DNA of 64,000 bases from Bacteroidales bacterium (GCA_035389045.1 DAOORA010000001.1:84017-148016); one strand, 5' to 3'. Positions 1-9,859 are shown, counted from the stretch's first letter. Notes: generated by a model not told the origin, from the sequence alone. A program made the numbers and translations.

Positions 1-298
1 GCTGACGTTTTATGCGGCCGTATTTCGTAAGGATCAGAACGGAATACCTGAAAATGGTTTTCAAACTGAAAATGCCGTCAGCAGGGAAGATGCATTGAAA
101 GGCATGACCATCTGTGCAGCAAAATCATGTTTTGAAGAAAACGAAAAAGGCAGCCTGGAAGCCGGAAAATATGCCGATTTCGTGATATTAGATAAAGACA
201 TATTGAATATTCCGGAAGCTCAGGTGTTAAACACAAAAGTGCTGAAAACATATATCCGGGGTGAGCAGGTATATGATTATTCGAAAGACAAACAATAA
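1..298 (+). CDS. Amidohydrolase-family (metal-dependent hydrolase, YtcJ-like) protein, C-terminal fragment; the gene starts upstream of the window
   Basis: Frame 2 is open from nt 2 to the stop at 296-298. The tail EDALKGMTICAAKSCFEENEKGSLEAGKYADFVILDKDIL...IRGEQVY looks like the usual amidohydrolase_3 C-terminus (GSLE.GK.ADFV.LD). Confidence 0.6.
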   Translation, partial: LTFYAAVFRKDQNGIPENGFQTENAVSREDALKGMTICAAKSCFEENEKGSLEAGKYADFVILDKDILNIPEAQVLNTKVLKTYIRGEQVYDYSKDKQ

Positions 299-310
299 CC
301 GCTAGCATAG

Positions 311-379
311 ACCCAATTTAAGCAATAGAAATGTATGAACTTGTCCATACGGTCATATAAGCTATTGCTTTAGTTGGGT
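311..379. other. Long imperfect hairpin (18-bp arms, 16 of 18 complementary) downstream of the amidohydrolase gene
   Basis: ACCCAATTTAAGCAATAG (311-328) and CTATTGCTTTAGTTGGGT (362-379), with a further small inverted repeat in the 33-nt spacer. Confidence 0.5.
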
Positions 380-714
380 TTATCCCGACTTAGAAAATGT
401 TTCCTGGCATTTTTTTTGTCAGGATTACATTTTCTTTGTCGTTTACGCATTAAAAATGTTTAGCTAATATACCAATTAATCAATACATTATGAAGAAAGT
501 GTTCTAATGCTACGCGTTAGAAAATCTTTAATGCGTAATTTGGGATAAATCGTCATGACCAAAACCGCTTTTCCATTACAACCTAAAACGATGGCAAATA
601 TAAAACATGATGCCACGATGCTACGCTGATAAACTTACGCTGAATAATATCTCAGAAACATCAGGCCATAAATGAATCTGATTGTGTAATGATGACCGAA
701 ATAAATTACAAGAT

Positions 715-1587
715 TTAATCGAGAATGATCTTTGTTGTTCTCACTCCTGCTTCATTCTTCATCCTGAGTATATAAATACCTCGCGGCAAGTCCGAAACAT
801 CCAGTTGGTGATCACCGGGGGCAGCAATAATCTGCCTGATCAGTGCACCGGTGGCTGAATACAGGTTGATATCCGCAACATCGTCGTTATTCATAAAGAG
901 TATGTCCTTTGCCGGATTGGGATAGACTCCGGCCAGCACGTCATCCAATGGTTGTATCATTCCCGTAGGAAGGTAATAAAAACTAAAATCATCGAAAAAA
1001 GCATACGTATGATTTTGCACCGTATTCGACGCAAGCAGTATAATATTCATAGAATCCGGCATTCCCGTGTAATTACTGTCCCACTGTATCGGCATGTCAA
1101 ACATGGTATAAGTGTTTATGGTTGCAGAGGTATCGAAAAAAGCGCCTCCCATGGTATCTTTCGCCTGAAGTACAGAATTATACCTCCAGAAATAAACAAT
1201 AACACTCATCGTGTCGGTATTTACCGGCAGGTATTTAAAATATCCCCTGAAATTATTTGGTTTGTCGGTAAACGCAATTCCTTTATCTATCGTATAGTTG
1301 GGGTTTATCCTTCCCAGGGTAGCTACTCCTGGCAACTTCACATTATAAATAATGATGGTGGTATCGAGCGAACGCAGCTTCATTGCATAGGAGCCGCCAT
1401 GAACATCAGTGGTCTTATAGCAGCTGTGCAGACCGATGGTATCAATGGTTCTGTAGTTCAATGGCCTGTTATTAGGATAAGTAACCGACCAACTTTCAAA
1501 ACCGGGGTTGGGAATCTGGGTTTGAGCATTCAGAAGAAAGCATCCTGCTCCACAAAAGAGCAGAAAAAGCAATGTAATTTTTTTCAT
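715..1587 (-). CDS. Secreted T9SS cargo protein; the N-terminal domain resembles the PCMD (putative carbohydrate metabolism) domain
   Basis: 290-aa ORF with a signal peptide (MKKITLLFLLFCGAGCFLLNAQ). N-terminus IPNPGFESW...DVHGGSYAMKL. C-terminus VYPNPAKDILF...GIYILRMKNEAGVRTTKIILD is a typical Por/T9SS sorting domain. Confidence 0.6.
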   Translation of the reverse strand: MKKITLLFLLFCGAGCFLLNAQTQIPNPGFESWSVTYPNNRPLNYRTIDTIGLHSCYKTTDVHGGSYAMKLRSLDTTIIIYNVKLPGVATLGRINPNYTIDKGIAFTDKPNNFRGYFKYLPVNTDTMSVIVYFWRYNSVLQAKDTMGGAFFDTSATINTYTMFDMPIQWDSNYTGMPDSMNIILLASNTVQNHTYAFFDDFSFYYLPTGMIQPLDDVLAGVYPNPAKDILFMNNDDVADINLYSATGALIRQIIAAPGDHQLDVSDLPRGIYILRMKNEAGVRTTKIILD

Positions 1588-1757
1588 GTTTGTTATTTTT
1601 TGTTAAAGTGAATAATTCAGAAAAGTGGATATTTGAGAATAAAGGCATTTAAAAATCATAAATATAAAAAACCATAATTCTATATAAAAAAATGTTCCTC
1701 TCAGATAATCCCGGAGAAATCTATTCCATCATCCTCACACTTCTAATAATCTTGTCT

Positions 1758-2003
1758 TCACGCCTCGGCAGGCTCTGATTTTGATTTTTCAGTGTCTTTT
1801 CTGCTTTTGTGAGTCAGTATGTAAATAATCGGCAAAATTCCCACAGTATTGAACAGGGCTATACAAATAAACCAGGCCAGATGGCCATTCCGCGCTGACC
1901 TCCAGAATGCAATAAGTTTCCAGATCATTTCCCAGACAGCAAGACAAATCATCAATGGTATGAACCAAGGGTATGGTCCGCAGCAATTTTCGTATCCGCA
2001 CAT
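1758..2003 (-). CDS. Small membrane protein, DUF5652-like
   Basis: Two TM helices and the motif WKLIAFWRSARNGHLAWFICIALFNTVGILPIIYIL. The longest ORF starts with GTG at 2039, but that codon abuts a minus-strand TATATTTG -7 box (2039-2046), so ATG 2003 (MCGYEN...) is the more likely start. Confidence 0.55.
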   Translation of the reverse strand: MCGYENCCGPYPWFIPLMICLAVWEMIWKLIAFWRSARNGHLAWFICIALFNTVGILPIIYILTHKSRKDTEKSKSEPAEA

Positions 2004-2111
2004 AATGGTATGTTTTTTGGTTTGTAATTTTTCTTTCACAAATATAAAGATTTTTATAAAAAAATGTAGCTTTGTATTAAAATTTTTCTATCGATCCATT
2101 CATCAAAAATC

Positions 2112-2729
2112 ATGATTATGAAATACTTAAAATTGTCTTTATTTCTGGCGCTTATTTCATGTACGTTCAGCGCGGCCCGCTCACAGGATATCGACCTGGT
2201 TAGTGGAGACATTACGGTGCTGAAAGGACAGTCCTCTGTGCTGATCACTTTTGTTTATGAAGGCATGGACGTTGCCGGCCTTACCGAAGAGTATTATCTG
2301 AAGCAGAAAAAAACAGAATTCAGAAAACCTGCTGATGCCGATAAATTCATTGCCAAATGGAAATCAGACTTCAAAGACAAACATGAACCAAAATTTGTGG
2401 ATCAGTTCAACCTCGGCATGAGAAAACTCAAATTAACCGCTGTGAAAGACGGTGAAGCCAGGTACACCATGATTGTTACCACCAACAAACTGGAACCCGG
2501 TTTTTATGCGACTTCGGGCGGCATAAACAGGGATACCTATGTAAACCTCACCGTGGTTATTGCTGAAACCGCAAACCCCGAAAACATTGTGGCCACCATC
2601 AAATCCGAAAGAGTTGTAGGGCTTGGACAAACCACTGCTGAAATGAAAGATCAGCAGACACGGATTGCCAATGCTTACGGCGAATCGGCCTCCAAAATTG
2701 CTAAGCTGATTGTAAAACTCTGTAAATAA
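2112..2729 (+). CDS. Hypothetical lipoprotein
   Basis: 205-aa ORF with a lipoprotein-type signal (LALISCTF). A TAGCTTTG -7 box lies 38 nt upstream. No recognisable catalytic motif. Confidence 0.55.
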   Translation: MIMKYLKLSLFLALISCTFSAARSQDIDLVSGDITVLKGQSSVLITFVYEGMDVAGLTEEYYLKQKKTEFRKPADADKFIAKWKSDFKDKHEPKFVDQFNLGMRKLKLTAVKDGEARYTMIVTTNKLEPGFYATSGGINRDTYVNLTVVIAETANPENIVATIKSERVVGLGQTTAEMKDQQTRIANAYGESASKIAKLIVKLCK

Positions 2730-2757
2730 ATTTCCTGCCGGGAGTTTCCCTGATTTA

Positions 2758-4011
2758 TCACAGCAAACCGGCTCTCATCTCGAGCCAAATAATCCCAATC
2801 GACAGAATAAAAGTGAGCATCGTGGTAATTATCCCTGCTTTAAAAAATTCGGTAAAACCAATTTTTATGTTATGATGCTTCGCTGACTCTATCACGATAA
2901 GATTGGCCATGGCACCGATGATGGTAGCATTACCTGCCAGGGTAGAAGCAGAAGCCAGCGTAATCCACAACAGATCTGACGACATGGTTTTCATCAGCGG
3001 CAGGATGGCGACCGTAAAGGGTACATTACTCACGATTTGAGATGCAATAAGACTGATGCCGTGCAGTACAGCAATGCCGCCAAGATCAGCGTTAAGTGGT
3101 TCAGAACTAATCAAATATTGCATCAATCCTGTTTTTTCAATTCCACGAACAACAATAAACAATGAAGCAAAAAACAACAGCAGCACCCAGTCGATTTCTT
3201 TTATCACTTTCGATGGCTTGATTTTTCCGAAGATCAATATCAGCGATCCGCCCAGCAAGGCTATCACCGGTATGCCAATATGAAACAGATTACTGAAAAA
3301 GAAAAGCACCACGACCAGCAGAAATACCGGTACCGAAATCCGCATGGATTTGAAATTATAGTCAAAATCATTGCCATGCATCTCCAACAAGGTCTTATCC
3401 CTGAATGTCCGGGGATAGAGCAGACGGATCACATATACGATAATAATCATGCTGATCAGTGAAACCGGCAACAGATGTAACAGAAAAACCCCGTATGAAA
3501 TACCTGAGCTGATGCCGATAAGCATATTCTGGGGGTTTCCGGTTATGGTCATGGCACTGCCGGCATTCGAAGTAAGTATTTCGGCTATCAAATACGGAAC
3601 CGGGCTGATACGGTAGGTCGCACATAAGGCGATGATCACGGGAGTGAATAGCAGCACCACCGCATCATTCACCATAAAAGCGCTGGAAATGCCGGTAACG
3701 AAAACAATAATGACAAGCAGACGGAAACGGGTGCGTGAATAGGCCATAGTCCTGCGGGCGATCAACGCAAAAAAACCGTCAAGCTGTAAGGTGGTGATGA
3801 TGATCATCATACCCAGCAACAAGGCGATAGTGTTGAAATCAATGGATAACACAGCCTCCTGAAATCCCAGCACATTAAACAGTATCATGGCCACAGCGCC
3901 AAAAAATGCTGCCGAAGGACGGTCGATGTTGATCCAGGGCAGACGTGTAAAAATAATGCCGATATAGGTTATGATAAAGATTACTAAGGCAGCTATCTGA
4001 ATTGGTGTCAT
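2758..4011 (-). CDS. ArsB/NhaD-superfamily anion permease (YbiR/citrate-transporter-like)
   Basis: 417-aa polytopic membrane protein. The motif SNAGSAMTITGNPQNMLI is typical of this permease superfamily. Confidence 0.75.
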   Translation of the reverse strand: MTPIQIAALVIFIITYIGIIFTRLPWINIDRPSAAFFGAVAMILFNVLGFQEAVLSIDFNTIALLLGMMIIITTLQLDGFFALIARRTMAYSRTRFRLLVIIVFVTGISSAFMVNDAVVLLFTPVIIALCATYRISPVPYLIAEILTSNAGSAMTITGNPQNMLIGISSGISYGVFLLHLLPVSLISMIIIVYVIRLLYPRTFRDKTLLEMHGNDFDYNFKSMRISVPVFLLVVVLFFFSNLFHIGIPVIALLGGSLILIFGKIKPSKVIKEIDWVLLLFFASLFIVVRGIEKTGLMQYLISSEPLNADLGGIAVLHGISLIASQIVSNVPFTVAILPLMKTMSSDLLWITLASASTLAGNATIIGAMANLIVIESAKHHNIKIGFTEFFKAGIITTMLTFILSIGIIWLEMRAGLL

Positions 4012-4014
4012 GGA

Positions 4015-6123
4015 TTATTGTTCATTTAAGTTGTATACCCATGCCCCGGAGGTTCTTGTTGAATAATACGACACCCTGCTCAGGTTGCATTGTGCCGTCC
4101 ATTTTTTAATGTTTTTCACAGAATTGGATGCATCAAAAATGATTAATGTCGGCTTATATTGTTGAAGTATTTCCCCCATAGAAATATCTGGATTTTGTGA
4201 GATCAGCAGAAAATCCAGGGCAAGCCGCCTCGTATTGTATGTCGCTTTGTCTATCAACGCGAGCTTTTTACCGGCAAATCCAATGAAATTTCCATTCCTA
4301 AAAAAACAATCGCTCCGGTAGGCATCCTTTTCACTACCCGTGATTACAGGGGTTACATGGCGGATTTTATGTTCACAACGGTTGTTCATGATATGAAAAT
4401 CCTGTTTCCTGGTATCTGCAATAAAAGCCGGATCGCATAAAAACCAGACTGACTTACCATAAATAAAATCAACCACCGTATGCTTGTTCACATTGTATAC
4501 AACAATCTTCTTTTGTGACAAAGCATTATAATTTGAAGCTGTCAACGGGATAAGCAAGATTAGTGCAAATGCCGCGACACCGATAAAAACCTTGTGGTTT
4601 CGTTTCAGAATATATATACACAAACCAATACTGACGGCATAAACAAGCAACAACTCCGTAAAACTCAACGGTATGGCTCTGGTGACCGAATAAGGAAGGT
4701 TTTCAATAAAAGAAACGGAACCATTAAGCAACATCAATGAAAACGAAAGTGCTTTGGCAAGCAACAGTGAAAACCACGGCAAAAAAGATAATACCAGTAC
4801 AGCGATACCAAGGTAGATAACCAACCCGGACAAAGGAACCGCAATAATATTGGTCAGGAGAAAATAATTGGGAAACTGGTGAAAATAATACAGGCATAAC
4901 GGAAATGTTATCAGCTGTGCCGATATAGATACCGCGATCAGCGACCATAACTGCCTTAACAACCAGTATTTCGGTATCCAGGCTTTGTTGATGTGAGGAT
5001 AAATAGCAACTATACCCAGCACAGCCAGATAAGACAACTGGAACCCCACAGCCGTAATCATATAGGGATCGGCCATCAGCAACACAAATGCCGAAGCTGC
5101 AACCGTATTATAAATATTGGGAGGATACCGGAACGCCTTTCCTATTATTATAAGGCTAAACATAGCCGTGGCCCGCATCACCGATGGCGACATGCCGGTG
5201 AGCACCGCATAAAACCATATGAAACCCAGTAATAAAAAAGCTTTGGGCAGGCGGCCATACTTGTTACGATCAAAAAACTGCAAGAGAAAATTCAGCACAA
5301 CAAAAATAACCCCGACGTGCAAACCAGACACACTCAGGATATGGACTGCCCCTGTCCCCTGATAATTCTTTATCAGCTCAGGATCCAAATTATCGGTATA
5401 TCCGATCAGTAATGCAGAAACAACGGCATATTCATCGCCCTGCAACCCGTTATCATTAAGTATCCTTAATAATTTCCCGCGCAGCTTATATGCAAAATCC
5501 ATAAGGATATTTCCGTTACATGAGGAAAGCAATCTCCAGGCATTTTTCTTCACATATCCGTTATATTCAACCGAGCGGTATTTCAGGTAATTTTTATAGT
5601 TGTATTCTCCCGGATTCATAGGTGGAGCAACCTCCGACAGCTTGCCTTTAAAGATTATTTCATCACCATAGTTCAGGTTTTCGGAAAAGGAATCTTTTTC
5701 AATATACAGTATGGCCTTTCCCAAAGCCGGTGTCCATCGTATGGAATCTCTTACTGAGATGACCTCCACCACACATTTGCAAACCTTTTCCCGCACCTGT
5801 ACCGGCTCATTCATCCGGGCCAGCACATAGTTTTCGTCAGCGAGATACGGTCCGAAAAAAAAGTTGTTGTTTTTATTATTTTTCATTGCGGTTAGCTGGT
5901 AACCGGCAAGCAGAAAAAACAAGGTAAAGATAAAGCCGGTGAGCCATCGCATCCTGTAAGTCAGTTTTTTCTGAAAGAACACTACGATGATGAAAAGCGC
6001 CAGTGCCGGAAAGGCAAGCGCCAGGAAAGGCAGCTGAAAGTTAAGGTCAAAATACAGGGCAATAATAATTCCCGTCAGGAAGGGGAAAAGAATACGTGCA
6101 AATGGATAACGGTTCCAGAACAT
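4015..6123 (-). CDS. comEC: ComEC/Rec2-family DNA internalisation (competence) channel protein
   Basis: 702 aa with an N-terminal TM/OB region followed by the polytopic competence domain (GTGAVHILSVSGLHVG, MSPSVMRA). It starts 3 nt downstream of the stop of the SpoIID-like gene. Confidence 0.85.
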   Translation of the reverse strand: MFWNRYPFARILFPFLTGIIIALYFDLNFQLPFLALAFPALALFIIVVFFQKKLTYRMRWLTGFIFTLFFLLAGYQLTAMKNNKNNNFFFGPYLADENYVLARMNEPVQVREKVCKCVVEVISVRDSIRWTPALGKAILYIEKDSFSENLNYGDEIIFKGKLSEVAPPMNPGEYNYKNYLKYRSVEYNGYVKKNAWRLLSSCNGNILMDFAYKLRGKLLRILNDNGLQGDEYAVVSALLIGYTDNLDPELIKNYQGTGAVHILSVSGLHVGVIFVVLNFLLQFFDRNKYGRLPKAFLLLGFIWFYAVLTGMSPSVMRATAMFSLIIIGKAFRYPPNIYNTVAASAFVLLMADPYMITAVGFQLSYLAVLGIVAIYPHINKAWIPKYWLLRQLWSLIAVSISAQLITFPLCLYYFHQFPNYFLLTNIIAVPLSGLVIYLGIAVLVLSFLPWFSLLLAKALSFSLMLLNGSVSFIENLPYSVTRAIPLSFTELLLVYAVSIGLCIYILKRNHKVFIGVAAFALILLIPLTASNYNALSQKKIVVYNVNKHTVVDFIYGKSVWFLCDPAFIADTRKQDFHIMNNRCEHKIRHVTPVITGSEKDAYRSDCFFRNGNFIGFAGKKLALIDKATYNTRRLALDFLLISQNPDISMGEILQQYKPTLIIFDASNSVKNIKKWTAQCNLSRVSYYSTRTSGAWVYNLNEQ

Positions 6124-6126
6124 GGA

Positions 6127-7302
6127 TCATTTGATAATAAGCTCATCGTAATTAACCACCTCCACATCTTTGTAGTAAAATTTAATGATATCGAGGTAGT
6201 TGTACCCCAGCTGAGCCATTCGTATGGCCCCCTGCTGACTGATACCGACGCCATGCCCGTATCCCCTGCCTTTGAAGATCAGGTAGGCGCCCTGCTGCTC
6301 TATAGAGAACCATGTGGATTTAAGTCCAAGATCATAGCGTATGGCCGACAGAAGAATGCTGTCAGAAAAATATACTTTCCGGGTATCCTGCTTAAAAGTA
6401 AGTGCATAATTCTTCTTATCGGGATCGTTAATGGGATAGTTAAACCTGCTGGACAAATAATCAAACCAGTTGGTCTGCAAAATCTTATATTCCCATTTTG
6501 AATTAGGCATATTCAGCGAAAAAGTGTCGTTGACCGATTTCAGGTAACTGGTAGGTATCTTCCAGATATCTTCGGAATTGATGGTCTGCCCACCGGAGTT
6601 GGCATGAAAAGCAGCCGAGATCATCTTGTTGTTTTTATCCACAATAACATCTCCGGCTGTTTTAAAGGTCGATGCCAGTATCTCATTATTTTTACAACGG
6701 CCTAAGTATTGCTGGCAATGAACGCTGTCGCAAAGGTTGAAGCCTTCTTTAGCATGTTTTTTTATATTGTTGAGCGCATAAGTCCGGCAGGTGATCGCCT
6801 GCACCAGGTAAAAATCATTGTCTTTCACACTTCCCGCGCCTTCCGACTGGACGACTCCGGCCACGTAATTTTCTATCTCCACCTGGTTGATGATTAAAAA
6901 ATATCCATCGAGCACGGTCACCTGCAAATTATCATCGTAATTCCGTTCTTTCACCTCCTGGTTGGCGGGTTTGATCCTGAAATTATTTAAAAGGCCGCTG
7001 CCACTGATATTCAGCGATGTACTTCTGCCCAAGACCTTTGTACCCTTTTGTACGAGTATCGTATCATTTTTTATTTTAAACGATATCACCTCATCTCTGA
7101 GTATTTCGACAAGCTTTTTATCGGCATCGAAAACCGTATATTTACCCGATACCGGTGTAAAATTAAAAGAACTGATCTGATAACCCGTAAATATCTTTAT
7201 ATCAATAAAAGTACTACCAAATGTACTATTCACAGATAACAGAAAAAAAAGCAAAACCACTGTTCTACGACATTTCATCACATCAACATTTATTATAAAC
7301 AA
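6127..7302 (-). CDS. SpoIID/LytB domain protein (peptidoglycan lytic transglycosylase-like)
   Basis: Motifs YVAGVVQSE, AITCRTYAL, DSVHCQQYLG, AFHANSGGQT and RGYGHGVGISQQGA are characteristic of SpoIID/LytB. Confidence 0.85.
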   Translation of the reverse strand: MFIINVDVMKCRRTVVLLFFLLSVNSTFGSTFIDIKIFTGYQISSFNFTPVSGKYTVFDADKKLVEILRDEVISFKIKNDTILVQKGTKVLGRSTSLNISGSGLLNNFRIKPANQEVKERNYDDNLQVTVLDGYFLIINQVEIENYVAGVVQSEGAGSVKDNDFYLVQAITCRTYALNNIKKHAKEGFNLCDSVHCQQYLGRCKNNEILASTFKTAGDVIVDKNNKMISAAFHANSGGQTINSEDIWKIPTSYLKSVNDTFSLNMPNSKWEYKILQTNWFDYLSSRFNYPINDPDKKNYALTFKQDTRKVYFSDSILLSAIRYDLGLKSTWFSIEQQGAYLIFKGRGYGHGVGISQQGAIRMAQLGYNYLDIIKFYYKDVEVVNYDELIIK

Positions 7303-7440
7303 TTAAACCCTGTTTTGCAAAAATATAATTTATTTGATTAAAATGTAAAAATGGTGGCTATTTCTTTTTTGAGGTGCTGAGATATAAAAACCGAACTGAT
7401 TCTTGAACAACATTAATTTCCGTATTACTTTTTTGCGTGT

Positions 7441-7691
7441 CCCCACGCCTTTGGCGGGGCAAGCAAAAAAGTAATCAAACCTGCCTGCGTGACGAACACT
7501 TCGGCAGGCAGGAAAAGACATCCTGGCGTATGCTTCAGCCCGCTCTAATAAAACATTGAAAATTTAAGCAAAGTAGTCCTGACGCAGCATAGCTGGTCGG
7601 GAAACCCCGTCCTTGGCGGGACCTTTGCAGATTTTATAATGTTTTCTGATTCACGCCCGGGAAGGCTCGCCCGCCTGACCGTCGGGCAGGC
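7441..7691. repeat. Tandem pair of GC-rich double-hairpin units (H1+H2, H1+H2) inside an AT-rich intergenic region
   Basis: H1a is 7441-7459 (CCCCACGCCTTTGGCGGGG). H2a is 7480-7512, a perfect 9-bp stem CCTGCCTGC/GCAGGCAGG. H1b is 7605-7620 (CCCCGTCCTTGGCGGG). H2b is 7669-7691 (GCCCGCCTGACCGTCGGGCAGGC). H2b shares GCCCGCCTGA...GTCGGGCAGGC with 60337-60365. Confidence 0.5.
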
Positions 7692-7875
7692 ACGCCAGGA
7701 AATGCCCGCACGCCAAATTCTGCCAAGGCCTCTACAAAAGATTTAGCCAACCCGGATATCATGTGCGCATCAAAGGCGATCCGGATGAGCCACCCCGGTA
7801 CTTATTGACCAAACACCACCGATATTCAAAGAAAAATTTTTAAAGAAATTATTTGCTTTTTATTTGAAATAGTAT

Positions 7876-7883
7876 TAAATTTG
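7876..7883 (+). promoter_or_regulatory. Bacteroidota -7 promoter box TAAATTTG
   Basis: Matches TAnnTTTG and lies 22 nt upstream of ATG 7905. It overlaps the TTG (7881) that opens the longest ORF. Confidence 0.45.
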
Positions 7884-7904
7884 AATTCAAAATATACCAG
7901 TATA

Positions 7905-8369
7905 ATGATAAAGAAAACATATTATTTTAACAGACGAAATTACAATTCGGACGGTTTTGATTTACGAAATAACAACGATCTGTTCATTGAATTCATTTAT
8001 CGTTGTGAATATGATTTTGCATCAGAATTCAAACCTTTGTATGCAAATTTTCTGTATGCAAATCAAAATACGTTTTCGTTGTTGCGTTCTTGTTTCATGG
8101 GCGATGATGATGAAATATACGGGATGGAAAACATCACCAACGGAAATATCCTGGAAGTCAATCTCAGGATGGATGAGGTTTCACAGCAAAAAACGGTATA
8201 TGCGTTAGGCAGCGGTATCAGGAACAGAGAAGATGAGGAAATATTTCTGGTGAGAGATAATGATATCAAGGATAACGAATTAATACTTTCATTCAGGCCG
8301 GATTTTGACAAGGGTGATGATAATATATTTGTAGCCATGCCCATCGATCTGATAAAGAATTTAAATTAA
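7905..8369 (+). CDS. Hypothetical acidic protein (orphan)
   Basis: ORF 7881-8369. Start moved to ATG 7905 (MIKKTYYFN...) because of the promoter box. It is AT-rich and Asp/Glu/Asn-rich, with no recognisable motif and no signal peptide. Confidence 0.45.
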   Translation: MIKKTYYFNRRNYNSDGFDLRNNNDLFIEFIYRCEYDFASEFKPLYANFLYANQNTFSLLRSCFMGDDDEIYGMENITNGNILEVNLRMDEVSQQKTVYALGSGIRNREDEEIFLVRDNDIKDNELILSFRPDFDKGDDNIFVAMPIDLIKNLN

Positions 8370-8425
8370 TACGCCCGGGTATTAACTTGCAATTCTTACC
8401 AAATCCGATATTATAGCCAGTGCTT

Positions 8426-9859
8426 TTATTCAATTATAAATTTTCCGGTTCCGCATATTTCTTTGTCTGTCCGCAGTTGGAAAAAATATATACCACCGGA
8501 TAAATTATTTCTTTCGATTTCAATTTTGCCTGGTGATGTATTTACAATTGTTCGCAAAGTTCGTCCTTCACTGTCAAATATTATCAACGTGAAATTTTCA
8601 TTTTGTGAATTTTCAAATTGTAATGTTGCAGATTGGTGAAAAGGATTTGGAAAAACTGTAAAACCGGGATTAGTTTGCAGTTCACTTAATCCGACAGTTC
8701 CGTTGTTGTCTGTTTTAATAAATAAAAGTTCGTTTGTGCTACCGCTAAACCAAGAACCTGCGATTGCAAAACCGCCATCTGAAGTTTGAAGAATGGATCG
8801 TCCGGCAGAAACTGTAGATGCTGTATTGGCAGGCTCAATTTTAAACTCTTTTTCCCACTGAACATTTCCGGACGCATCAATTTTAACAAGGTACAGATCG
8901 AAGCCTCCATAAGTGCTTGCCGTTTCTATAAAACCCGTTACGGCATATCCTCCGTCAGTAGTTTGTATTATGTCATTGCCCCAGGAATATCTGCCGGCTT
9001 GTCCGTATGTTTTTGTCCACAACGTGTCGCCCAGAGAATTCGTCTTAACTACATACATATTTTCAGTTGATATTCCGAATGATTGAGAATAGCCGGTCAT
9101 GATGTATCCTCCATCAGATGATTGTCTCACTGATTTAGAAATTTCAGCTAAACTACCACCATAGTGTTTTGTCCAAAGAGTGTCTCCGGCACTATTCGTT
9201 TTTACCACATAGAAATCTTTCGAACCGAAACTGAAACTTTCTGAATACCCACTTAAAATAAATCCTCCGTCTGAGGTTTGTCGCATTGAGTTTGCTTCTT
9301 CACTCTGGCTTCCTCCATATTTTTTAGTCCAGAGGGTATCACCGTTTACATTAGTTTTAACAAGATAGAAGTCCAATAAACCGTTACTATTATAACTTGA
9401 TGTTCCACCAATAAAATATTCCCCCGAAACATTTTGAACAATTGCAGTTCCGTTTTCTCGCCCTTGCCCGCCAATCTGTTTTGTCCAGGAAACAACACCT
9501 GTGTTTGTCGTTTTAACAAGATAAATGTTTCTATAGTTACTGTAACAGCCTGAAGAATAACCAACGGTGGCGTAACCACCGTCAACTGTCTGGATTATTT
9601 GATTTGCATATTCAAGTGAATCTGTTCCATAATGATTTAGCCAAAGAGTGTCTCCGTATGCATTTAATTCATAGATGCAGAATTGGTCAAGATCAGAAGA
9701 TTTGTATTTTCTGCCTGCAATAATATAATTGTTACAGGAATTTAATATTAAGCTATTCCCTTGTCCTGAATACTCCCCGTAATGTTTAATGAATGTGATT
9801 TGTGCCATTGAGTTTACTGTCAAAAGGCAAATTGTCAATATGATAAGAGTTTTTTTCAT
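8426..9859 (-). CDS. T9SS cargo protein built from about 8 tandem ~48-aa modules (beta-propeller-like)
   Basis: Signal peptide present. The module Y(L/V)VKT(N)xxGDTLWTKxYGG...SDGGYxxxGY recurs about eight times. The C-terminus FTVFPNPFHQSATLQF...GGIYFFQLRTDKEICGTGKFIIE is a T9SS sorting domain. Confidence 0.7.
   Translation of the reverse strand: MKKTLIILTICLLTVNSMAQITFIKHYGEYSGQGNSLILNSCNNYIIAGRKYKSSDLDQFCIYELNAYGDTLWLNHYGTDSLEYANQIIQTVDGGYATVGYSSGCYSNYRNIYLVKTTNTGVVSWTKQIGGQGRENGTAIVQNVSGEYFIGGTSSYNSNGLLDFYLVKTNVNGDTLWTKKYGGSQSEEANSMRQTSDGGFILSGYSESFSFGSKDFYVVKTNSAGDTLWTKHYGGSLAEISKSVRQSSDGGYIMTGYSQSFGISTENMYVVKTNSLGDTLWTKTYGQAGRYSWGNDIIQTTDGGYAVTGFIETASTYGGFDLYLVKIDASGNVQWEKEFKIEPANTASTVSAGRSILQTSDGGFAIAGSWFSGSTNELLFIKTDNNGTVGLSELQTNPGFTVFPNPFHQSATLQFENSQNENFTLIIFDSEGRTLRTIVNTSPGKIEIERNNLSGGIYFFQLRTDKEICGTGKFIIE

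Noticed and set aside
952-1611. 219-aa plus-strand ORF
   Set aside because: It lies entirely antisense to the well-supported T9SS cargo gene 715-1587. The composition is odd (R/I/H-rich) and there is no start context, so it is a shadow ORF.
7330-7521. 63-aa minus-strand ORF
   Set aside because: It runs through hairpins H1a and H2a of the GC-rich repeat. The R/K/C-rich translation has no support.
7655-7740. Possible SRP (4.5S) RNA because of CCCGGGAAGG and GCCAAGG strings
   Set aside because: The order of the elements is wrong for SRP domain IV. There is no GGAA tetraloop closed by the conserved symmetric and asymmetric loops. The same hairpin recurs at 60.3 kb, so it is a repeat family and not a single-copy RNA gene.
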